Made by a program: the position numbers and the translations under genes. A stretch of 64,000 bases of DNA from a virus (lineage: Duplodnaviria; Caudoviricetes): positions 32,001-96,000 of the IMG/VR virus record IMGVR_UViG_3300033076_001039; one strand, written 5' to 3'. Numbering within the stretch: the first letter of the stretch is position 1; each line of letters opens with the position of its first letter. Below the pieces are notes generated by a model that ran no database searches, had not been told where the DNA came from, and saw only the letters and a list, made by a program, of their open reading frames with translations. Below, piece after piece: positions 20,201-27,622 of the stretch.

Positions 20201-20497
20201 TACTCTCGTAACAAACAATTGGTTTGATTGTTGTAAATAAGATTTAGCAATGTATGCTGCCTCATATTTTGGGATTTGAGTGTTATAAAACTTAACGGGT
20301 TCAGTCCCTCCAAAATATGCTTGGAACTCATCGTAGTTTGTTATGAATACTGGTTCAAATGCTGGACCTCTTAAGGTTTCCCCAACAATACCTAATGTTG
20401 TAACCCCTACACTTTGGGCCACAAAAGATAAGTCGGTTTCAGATGTGTATACGCCTGGTGATACGAATACTTTTTGATTTGCTTGTGCTGTTGCCAT
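17294..20497 (-). CDS. Contractile tail sheath protein (T4 gp18-like)
   Basis: N-terminal FVSPGVYTSETDLS. C-terminal PWFASAGYTRG, LYQGRINPIATF, WGNKTLQ, RLNVRRLL, LLFEQND, KPTKALEFIDIEF. Confidence 0.95.
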   Translation of the reverse strand: MATAQANQKVFVSPGVYTSETDLSFVAQSVGVTTLGIVGETLRGPAFEPVFITNYDEFQAYFGGTEPVKFYNTQIPKYEAAYIAKSYLQQSNQLFVTRVLGLSGYDAGPSWSLSLIANVDPTTIGDPSTPTSFTATFTGDASGSTVTFVGGALPTQVQSNLNLQYRVQDGSVSSLQTDFNAYLGQIIDTPSLSATTAVVYGAIPNADYDSLTTTYTAVTNPYNCVNTFDDNDLSAASNDPWFYANFNISSGNAYTGYSFYYSVSDLVSGGSGSFTGTVTGESYTFTGTAYTEFNNMVVGTLRSRGISLYSNSSTSENHGPVYQVSGLTDLQIVSTGQYSGITTSPFATFLLSGVTKDSDTFSFETSLSALSAKYLTKVLGVDNFGKSRFETPIFVEEIYQGSLNYAYNQGYIRGLNSELIALPSARSQSSQSIAWNLERYQSPETPFIVSELRGNKVYNLFKFISISDGDSANTEIKVSLANMSYNNMSFDVFVRNFFDTDANPVVIEKFTNCNLDPASNNFIAKKIGSSNGEFALISKYIMVEMADEAPIDALPCGFYGYTQREYSDVQTYPSPYPKFKTKYDYPGEVIANPPFGTATGGSNSVESPGDIVRRSYLGFSTQYGIDESFLTYKGKQNPQTGWETATDSVKWNVLSKGFHMDSGATVVTISNTSMSSGQTAFECGVAEFREDPATQENPYYFIYSRKFTVCFAGGFDGWDIYREWRTNEDRFQLGASGYLAGAFPSSRYPTATGDGMFKRIVVQNNTQDFANTDYYAYLLGILTFANPEATNINVFATASIDYVNNSNLVEEAIDMVQYSRADSVYICTTPDYRMYTPDASNPQDIIYSQEAVDNLDNTGIDSNYTATYYPWILTRDTVNNTQIYLPPTGEVCRNLALTDNISFPWFASAGYTRGLVNSIKARQKLTQTDRDTLYQGRINPIATFSDVGTVIWGNKTLQIADTALNRLNVRRLLLQARKLISAVAVRLLFEQNDQIVRQQFLDSVNPILDSIRRDRGLYDFRVTVSSSPEDLDRNTLTGKIYLKPTKALEFIDIEFFITPTGASFENI

Positions 20498-20617
20498 TAT
20501 TAAATTATTCTGTTACAGATTTATTTTATTGATAAATATTCAAGTTTTTACGAAAAAACTTTACTTTTACATAAGTATTTATAAACGGTATGAATTAATT
20601 CTACCTTTTTTCTGCCC

Positions 20618-20779
20618 ATGAAAACTAAGAAAGAAATAAAGAATATTAAAATATCCCCTGAATCACATGAAATCCTAAAAAAGTACTGTGATAAACGTGG
20701 AATCAAGATTTACAAGTTTTTAGAAAATTTGATTATAGAAAAGTGTAAAGAAAAAAAAGATATCTACGGAGAAGATTAA
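20618..20779 (+). CDS. Small ribbon-helix-helix-like DNA-binding protein
   Basis: Translated by hand: MKTKKEIKNIKISPESHEILKKYCDKRGIKIYKFLENLIIEKCKEKKDIYGED* (53 aa). Strand-helix-helix RHH pattern. TATTTATA upstream. Not in the ORF track. Confidence 0.6.
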   Translation: MKTKKEIKNIKISPESHEILKKYCDKRGIKIYKFLENLIIEKCKEKKDIYGED

Positions 20780-21819
20780 ACTAGTTTGTTTTCGAATAGT
20801 ATATTAGCAGGTAGAGTGATATTATCTTTTGTTACTTCAATCCTTAATACATCATTTGTGGTAATTTCAATTCTTTGTAAATCACTACCATAATAATCAC
20901 CATTAATGTAGACATCAAAAGTATCTACATTATCGGTTGATACTAAATTCATATTCGCAGTAAAATCAATAACATCTGTCAACATTGTATTTCCTGAAAC
21001 AAATAAAAACGGCATTTCAAAAGTGTCAGGATTTTCAGGGTTTTGGTCTCTTCTTCTTTTTCTTGATGACGTATCAACCTCAATAAGTTGTGTAACTCTT
21101 TGGATTGCAGGTTTAACTTCAAACTCTTCTTCATCAATTAAATAACCCAACATTGTAAAGTCATAACTCTGAACATAATACTTTCTCGCATCCATATTCA
21201 TTTGAGATTCGTCCGATACATTATTTAAAATAATTGGAACGTATTGTCCTTTAATAAATGTGTATGCCTGTCTCGAAGAAAAAGTTTGCATAACAATCTT
21301 ATTCAACTGATTTAATTCCCTCATTCTATTACAAATGATTTTTACTTGGTAATTAATATCAACTGGTACAGGTTGTGGAATTGTATAAATGTCCATACCC
21401 TGTTCGTTTCCGTTCCATGTTGGGACTGAGGCATAATAGAATTGTTTTCTATTTGGGATTGTGTATTGAAGTGATGGATTTGTACCATATTTAACTTCAG
21501 GTGTCCTAACTACCGTAATAAATGGTGGTGCAGGATTGTAATCTAAATCCACAAATTGCCAAGTTTCTAAATATTGTGTCCAGTTTTGTGATGTAATAAT
21601 TATATCCAACATTGGGACTACTTTGCCTGCAGTTACAACTTCAAGTTCTGTCTTAACAAAATCAAGCATTCCCCTATCCAAGTCGGCATGTAATACTGAC
21701 TTTGGCAAATAAGTCCCGTCTTCCTTAATATATTCTAAAAGTTGTTCCCTTCTTTCAGATAATACTTTTTTTGGAACTAAAGGTAATGTTGGTTTTACAA
21801 CTGTTTTAGGTAGTGGCAT
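20776..21819 (-). CDS. Putative tail terminator / sheath stabilizer (T4 gp15-like)
   Basis: QPVPVDINYQVKIICNRMRELNQL segment. Located between the neck and sheath genes. Confidence 0.5.
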   Translation of the reverse strand: MPLPKTVVKPTLPLVPKKVLSERREQLLEYIKEDGTYLPKSVLHADLDRGMLDFVKTELEVVTAGKVVPMLDIIITSQNWTQYLETWQFVDLDYNPAPPFITVVRTPEVKYGTNPSLQYTIPNRKQFYYASVPTWNGNEQGMDIYTIPQPVPVDINYQVKIICNRMRELNQLNKIVMQTFSSRQAYTFIKGQYVPIILNNVSDESQMNMDARKYYVQSYDFTMLGYLIDEEEFEVKPAIQRVTQLIEVDTSSRKRRRDQNPENPDTFEMPFLFVSGNTMLTDVIDFTANMNLVSTDNVDTFDVYINGDYYGSDLQRIEITTNDVLRIEVTKDNITLPANILFENKLV

Positions 21820-22232
21820 TAGTCTTTTACTACAAATAGTTTATTTTGTGAATTAATCATATCAACTTCTGTTGCATTAAAAACAGGTTCTTCATTATTC
21901 TTATAAACAAATGAATCGTACTTATATGGGTTATAGGTTACAATTTTGTCTGATGGTGGACTTGGGATGTCATCACAAGGATATTCACAATAATCCAATA
22001 ATTTTCCAATCACAAATGCATGTACGTTTTTTGCCTTTTCGGAACGAACTCTTTCTTTACCACCTTTTCTAACTCTAAACTCAACATCACCCAATTTAAC
22101 ATAATCGGCATGCATAATTACTTTACCGTCATAGGTAACCGAAAAAGTATGTTTATGTAAGTTGTAATATACCATTACCTTCTTACCTAAAAACAAATTA
22201 TCAAATTGTGACTCAGTTATTAATAATTTCAT
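21819..22232 (-). CDS. Phage hypothetical protein
   Basis: 137 aa. VYYNLHKHTFSV...KNVHAFVIG, with N-terminal MKLLITESQ. Confidence 0.6.
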   Translation of the reverse strand: MKLLITESQFDNLFLGKKVMVYYNLHKHTFSVTYDGKVIMHADYVKLGDVEFRVRKGGKERVRSEKAKNVHAFVIGKLLDYCEYPCDDIPSPPSDKIVTYNPYKYDSFVYKNNEEPVFNATEVDMINSQNKLFVVKD

Positions 22233-22756
22233 TATATACCCCTAAATTCGTTTTCACTCACCCATGTTGCTACAATAGTTCTGTAGAATGGTTTGTAACC
22301 ACCATAAGTGTGTTTATTATCTGACTTAACATAACCGTCATCACTAACAGAATAATATCTAACTCGGTCTTCAGTTTCGTAATATCCAATGTAATCACCC
22401 ATCCATATTTCAACACCCAAATCATCAAGTGTTTTTTGATAAATTGAGAATTGCATACTACCTGGCTCTTGTATTTCAACTTTTGAATTACCGTAGAATT
22501 TATTTGTTGGAGGTAATATTTTTACCAAACCTTTTAATTCTACAGGAGCCATGAATTGAACTCCATCTTCCACAACCTCACCATACACATTATCTTTTTT
22601 GGTTTTGTATCGGTCAATACGATAAAGTACGATTGTAAAATTCATATCACCTTCAAGCCATTCCTGACCCATACCAATATCAAGGTCATAATCCTCACCA
22701 CCGAAGAACATACCCAATCTTGTAATTGGTACCAATTTTTCTGCCGTCTTTTTCAT
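22232..22756 (-). CDS. Putative head closure/neck protein (T4 gp14-like)
   Basis: 174 aa. DNVYGE...PVELKG...LGVEIWMGDYI. Position upstream of the gp15-like gene. Confidence 0.55.
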   Translation of the reverse strand: MKKTAEKLVPITRLGMFFGGEDYDLDIGMGQEWLEGDMNFTIVLYRIDRYKTKKDNVYGEVVEDGVQFMAPVELKGLVKILPPTNKFYGNSKVEIQEPGSMQFSIYQKTLDDLGVEIWMGDYIGYYETEDRVRYYSVSDDGYVKSDNKHTYGGYKPFYRTIVATWVSENEFRGI

Positions 22757-22812
22757 ATATTGATAAATACCTAAACTTTTACTATATTTAGTTTATAATT
22801 TATGAATTTTAA

Positions 22813-24567
22813 ATGAGTGATGTTAGTTTAGAGTCAAAAGCGATGTCTATTCTTGAGTCCTATGAGGGCGGCAACAACTATATCTTGGAATTAAAACGCA
22901 AATCACAAATCAATAAAAAGTTTTATCCGACAAGAAGTCAATCAGAATATATCATTAATTTTCACGACCAAAAACCAAAGGTAGCCAAAAAGTGGGTCAT
23001 TCTTGATGCATATTTTGCACAGAAATTGGCTGATGATAAATTATACACCGAAATACCACAAAAGGTTTGGGTAGAAAAATTATTAGCAGATAAAGAAAAG
23101 GCATATCATATTTGGGGTAGAATATTGGAAACCGAAGAATTACATGATTTTTGGTTACCGAAAGCATCAATTATAAAAGACAACTCTGTTAAAGATGTTG
23201 TAATTGATTATTCTAAATATTCTCATCGTCCACCACTTGAACATCAAAAAGAAGCAATTCAAAAATTGGTTGAGAACAAAAAGTTTATCTTGGCGGATGA
23301 CATGGGTCTCGGAAAAACTACTTCAACTATCATTGCAGCATTAGAGACGGGGGCAAAAAAAGTATTAATCATTTGTCCTGCAACTTTAAAGATTAACTGG
23401 AAACGAGAAATTGAAAATTATTCAAATAAAGAAGTGTTCATTGCTGAAGGTAAAAACTTTAGTACTGAAGAGGACTTTGTAATCATAAACTATGATATTA
23501 TAAAAAATTTCCATGACACTAAGAAAAAAGATGATTCTCAAATTCTTGCTGCCAATTTTGATTTGGTCATTGTCGATGAAGCACACTATATCAAAAATGC
23601 TACAGCTCAAAGGACAAAACTAATTAATGACATTGTTAAGAAAACCGAAAGACTTTGGTTATTAACGGGTACACCTATGACCTCAAGACCAATCGATTAC
23701 TTCAACTTGTTGAGTTTAATTGACTCTCCTGTAGCAAAGAATTGGATGGCCTATGCGATTCGTTATTGCGGTGGATACCAATTCAAAGTTGGAAACAGAA
23801 AAGTTTGGAATGTTATGGGTTCATCAAACTTGGAAGAGTTACGTGACCGAACATTAGGTTTAACATTAAGACGATTAAAAGAAAATGTACTTGACCTTCC
23901 TCCTAAGATAATTACCCCAGTATATTTAAGATTAAAGTCGAAAGAATATGAAAATGTTATGGGTGAGTACTACGATTGGTATGACAAGAACCCTGAAGAG
24001 TCAAAATCTTTAACAGTTCAATTCACGAAATTAACAAAGGTTAGACAAATCATCGCCGATGAAAAAATTAAACAAACTATTGAGCTCGCTGAAAACATTC
24101 TTGAACAAGACAAGAAAGTTATTATTTTCTGTAATTTCACTGATTCCTTAAATAAAATTGTAGAACACTTTGGGAAATCTGCGGTTAAACTTGATGGGTC
24201 AATGTCAAAACCTGAACGTCAACACGCCGTTGACCAATTTCAAGAGAACCCAAAAGTTAAAGTTTTCGTGGGTAACATTAAAGCTGCAGGTGTTGGTATT
24301 ACACTTACCGCAGCCGAAGCGGTTATCATGAATGATTTATCATTCCTACCATCAGACCATGCTCAAGCTGAAGACCGAGCATATCGTTACGGTCAAAAAA
24401 ATAATGTTTTGGTTTATTACCCAATATTCGAAAATACAATCGAAGGTATCATCTACGATATCTTAAACAATAAAAAACAAGTTATTGCCACGGTTATGGG
24501 GGATGACCAACATCCTGCAGATATGGCAGAAGAAATCCTACAAAGAATCAACGAACTGCGACATTAA
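22813..24567 (+). CDS. SNF2-family helicase/ATPase (SMARCAL1/HARP-like)
   Basis: LADDMGLGKT, DEAH, LTGTP, GVGITLT, QAEDRAYRYGQ. Confidence 0.92.
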   Translation: MSDVSLESKAMSILESYEGGNNYILELKRKSQINKKFYPTRSQSEYIINFHDQKPKVAKKWVILDAYFAQKLADDKLYTEIPQKVWVEKLLADKEKAYHIWGRILETEELHDFWLPKASIIKDNSVKDVVIDYSKYSHRPPLEHQKEAIQKLVENKKFILADDMGLGKTTSTIIAALETGAKKVLIICPATLKINWKREIENYSNKEVFIAEGKNFSTEEDFVIINYDIIKNFHDTKKKDDSQILAANFDLVIVDEAHYIKNATAQRTKLINDIVKKTERLWLLTGTPMTSRPIDYFNLLSLIDSPVAKNWMAYAIRYCGGYQFKVGNRKVWNVMGSSNLEELRDRTLGLTLRRLKENVLDLPPKIITPVYLRLKSKEYENVMGEYYDWYDKNPEESKSLTVQFTKLTKVRQIIADEKIKQTIELAENILEQDKKVIIFCNFTDSLNKIVEHFGKSAVKLDGSMSKPERQHAVDQFQENPKVKVFVGNIKAAGVGITLTAAEAVIMNDLSFLPSDHAQAEDRAYRYGQKNNVLVYYPIFENTIEGIIYDILNNKKQVIATVMGDDQHPADMAEEILQRINELRH

Positions 24568-24608
24568 CGAAGAATGGATTATTTATATATAACGGATAAT
24601 CCAATTAT

Positions 24609-26138
24609 ATGAAAAAGACAGAAGAGAAAATCCAACAACTAGAATTACAGATACTTGAAAATCACGTAAAGAAAGAAAAAGAGTTGTTGATTACAGAAAT
24701 GAAAAAAATCGGAATAGAGAAACTACCTTATTCCTACTCAGCCCTCAAACAGTTTATTGACCCCGAAACTATGAGTTTCCATTACAATAAACATTATAAA
24801 GGGTATGTAGACAAATTAAACGACGCACTTTCAAAGAAAAAATACGGGGATTTAGATTTAGAAAAAATCATCAAGACAATTAGTCGTTTTGATAAAACAA
24901 TCCGAAACAACGCAGGTGGGGCATTTAACCACGCTTTGTTTTGGAATATGTTGACACCCGACCCAAAGAAACTTACTGGTGACCTTTACAAAAAGATTAC
25001 AAAACAGTGGGGGACATTCACAAATTTCAAAAAAGAATTTGAAAAAGTTGCCAAAGAAAGATTTGGTTCAGGTTGGGTGTGGTTAGTATTAACCTCCAAA
25101 AACACTTTGAAGATTATGTCTACACCAAACCAAGACAATCCATTAATGAATGTGATTGAAGGCGGGGGATTTCCATTGTTGGGATTAGATTTGTGGGAAC
25201 ACGCATATTATTTGAAGTACCGAAACAAAAGAGACGAATACATTACAAACTTTTGGAAAGTTGTGAATTGGGATTTTGTTACTAAAATGTACGAAATGAA
25301 AATTGAAACCAAATTATTAGAATCCACAAAAATGAAACAAGTTTTAAGTGAAGGTAAATCTGAAATGTGTTCCAAATCAGAAAATGAATTTTATAGAATG
25401 TTATTTAATGTCAACCAAGAAATTAAATGGACATATATGAATGCAATCAATAAAATTATGAGGGAAGTTTTTAGTGATAATTTTATTGAGAAACCTGATA
25501 ACAACCAACTTTCGGGGGTTTACGACCTTGAGGGTCCTGGTAGGTCTGTTATAAACAAACTTAATACTAACTACACATCATTCTGTATTTTACTAAAAGA
25601 TGTTAACCAAGTTATCGCAACTATACCAAATAAAAAACCTATTGTCTTTATTGATAAAACTCCCGCAGAACAGAAAAAAGAAATAGAAAGATTTATCGGA
25701 GCGTTAAATCATTTTAAGTATAGAATCTTTGATAAAGATAGTTCTACATTACATAATCTACTAAGAACATTAACTGAAAAAGATAAAGCGGGTAGTAAAA
25801 GAGAAGAGATTACCGCAGCAATACTTAGAAGATTTTTTGGTAAATCTGCAAAGGTTGAGTTAGTTGGTGAATTAGGTAATAAAAAAGATGCTATCCAAGG
25901 AGTTGATTTAGAAATTACTAAGGACGGTCAACTACACACAGCACAAGTAAAACCATTCAGAGAAATGAAAATTGGTGATGATGGTATTACTTTAGAAGGT
26001 ACTGCAAGTGTTAAATTATATAAGACAGATTGGATGGTTTTTCAAAAAGGAAAGAATGTTTTAGTCTTTAATCAAAAACCAAAAATTGTTGGTGGTAATT
26101 TTGTTTTCCCACCTGAGTCACTTTTATATAACATATAA
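24609..26138 (+). CDS. sod: Fe/Mn superoxide dismutase fused to a C-terminal domain of about 270 aa (PD-(D/E)XK-like)
   Basis: LPYSYSAL, HYNKHYKGY, NNAGGAFNHALFW, FGSGWVWL, DLWEHAYYLKY: all four metal ligands present. C-terminus has GVDL...AQVKPF. Confidence 0.88.
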   Translation: MKKTEEKIQQLELQILENHVKKEKELLITEMKKIGIEKLPYSYSALKQFIDPETMSFHYNKHYKGYVDKLNDALSKKKYGDLDLEKIIKTISRFDKTIRNNAGGAFNHALFWNMLTPDPKKLTGDLYKKITKQWGTFTNFKKEFEKVAKERFGSGWVWLVLTSKNTLKIMSTPNQDNPLMNVIEGGGFPLLGLDLWEHAYYLKYRNKRDEYITNFWKVVNWDFVTKMYEMKIETKLLESTKMKQVLSEGKSEMCSKSENEFYRMLFNVNQEIKWTYMNAINKIMREVFSDNFIEKPDNNQLSGVYDLEGPGRSVINKLNTNYTSFCILLKDVNQVIATIPNKKPIVFIDKTPAEQKKEIERFIGALNHFKYRIFDKDSSTLHNLLRTLTEKDKAGSKREEITAAILRRFFGKSAKVELVGELGNKKDAIQGVDLEITKDGQLHTAQVKPFREMKIGDDGITLEGTASVKLYKTDWMVFQKGKNVLVFNQKPKIVGGNFVFPPESLLYNI

Positions 26139-26161
26139 TAAACTAAAAGATATTTATTAGT

Positions 26162-27283
26162 ATGTCAGTTATACCAGAACCAGAAAGGTCAAAAATTTAT
26201 ACAAGAGTAAAACATCTCTTGGGTGCTCCATTACGTAGTGTTGAAGTCACTGACGAAATGATGGATTCATTAATGGAATTATCTATTCAGGATTATGAAC
26301 AATACATTCTGAATTGGTTGATTGATAGCCAATGGGTAAACTTGGTGAATCTTAACATGACGGAAAAATCAGTTGCACAAGCATTGATAACAAGAACTAT
26401 GGATTTCGAACAACAGTTCTCATACTCGTATTCCAAAATTGTTGGACTACAGGCAATGGGACCTTGGGTTTTGAAAAAAGATTATGTTATTCTTGAAAGA
26501 GATAAACAAAACTACGAAATACCTGCTGGTCGTGAGATAAATGAAGTATTATGGTTTAGTAATCAACCATGGACTGCATTTGGTTTAGGGGGTATTGGTG
26601 GATTTGGTGGTGTTGGTTTAGGTGCTAACGAAGCTGGATTTGCACAAATGGGATACCAAGGTTCTTATTTTATGATGTCAGGTTTTGACTATTTGATAAG
26701 AATGCAAGAAGCAAACATTCTAAATAGAATTCTTGGTGGTTCGTTAACTTATAGAATTACAGCACTACCTGATGGTAAAAAAGATTTACAACTTTATAAC
26801 ACACCTGGCGGAAATTTCAATTGGAGTAACTATAGTGAATATGTTGGTAAAGCCGTTTGGTATTGGTATTATGATGTAACACCTGACAGTAGAGCGGATT
26901 GTTTGAAAAATAATCCTGATGTAATCAAAATGCCTAATGACGTTCCATTAGAAGAACTTACTTGGAGTGACCTTAACGTACCTGCACAACAGTGGGTTAG
27001 AAGGTGGTTTACCGCTTATGTAAAAGAAACTTTAGGTAGAGTTAGAGGAAAATATAGTGGTAATTTAAAAACTCCTGACTCTGAACTACAAATGGACTAC
27101 ACAAGTTTATTGACTGAAGGTAAGGATGAAAAAACAAAACTAATTGAGGAACTTACAGGTGCTGAAGGTTGGTTAACAAGATTAAGACCTGAAAAAGTAA
27201 TGGAAAAAGAGGCCTTAATTGCAGAAAACTTAAATAAACAAATGAAGTTTAGGGCGATGCCTCGTCAAATATATGTAATTTAA
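26162..27283 (+). CDS. Putative neck/head-tail adaptor protein (T4 gp13-like)
   Basis: LLGAPLRSVEVTDEM at the N-terminus, WVRRWFTAYVKETLGRVRGKY and LLTEGKDEKTKLIEEL at the C-terminus. Confidence 0.65.
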   Translation: MSVIPEPERSKIYTRVKHLLGAPLRSVEVTDEMMDSLMELSIQDYEQYILNWLIDSQWVNLVNLNMTEKSVAQALITRTMDFEQQFSYSYSKIVGLQAMGPWVLKKDYVILERDKQNYEIPAGREINEVLWFSNQPWTAFGLGGIGGFGGVGLGANEAGFAQMGYQGSYFMMSGFDYLIRMQEANILNRILGGSLTYRITALPDGKKDLQLYNTPGGNFNWSNYSEYVGKAVWYWYYDVTPDSRADCLKNNPDVIKMPNDVPLEELTWSDLNVPAQQWVRRWFTAYVKETLGRVRGKYSGNLKTPDSELQMDYTSLLTEGKDEKTKLIEELTGAEGWLTRLRPEKVMEKEALIAENLNKQMKFRAMPRQIYVI

Positions 27284-27286
27284 TTT

Positions 27287-27622
27287 ATGGCAATTCTTAA
27301 AACAATACCATCAAGAAGAATAATAAATGGTCAAGTTATTGATACATCTGAAATTTCAATAGTATCAGAAAGAGAGTACAGAACAGACGGTGAATCTTGT
27401 ATTGTCGTTAGAAACGTTATAGATTCCACCGTAATCTTGGATTCAAAAACCACAGACCATGTTGTTATTAAATCTATGACAAATTTAACAATTAGACCCG
27501 ATGTTGGTCGAATCGATGAAGATTACGATGAAATTGTTGCCGACAAATACGCTTGTATTGAATTTAGATTTTGTGCTGGTAATTGGTATATTATTTCATC
27601 AGACGGTCTCAAGAATTCCTAA
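27287..27622 (+). CDS. Hypothetical protein, beta-rich, possibly structural
   Basis: 111-aa ORF directly after the neck gene. Confidence 0.55.
   Translation: MAILKTIPSRRIINGQVIDTSEISIVSEREYRTDGESCIVVRNVIDSTVILDSKTTDHVVIKSMTNLTIRPDVGRIDEDYDEIVADKYACIEFRFCAGNWYIISSDGLKNS

Noticed and set aside
257-22756. Bacterial extracellular contractile injection system or T6SS rather than a phage
   Set aside because: Neck proteins, PolB, helicase, dUTPase and PhoH in dense phage-like organisation indicate a phage genome.
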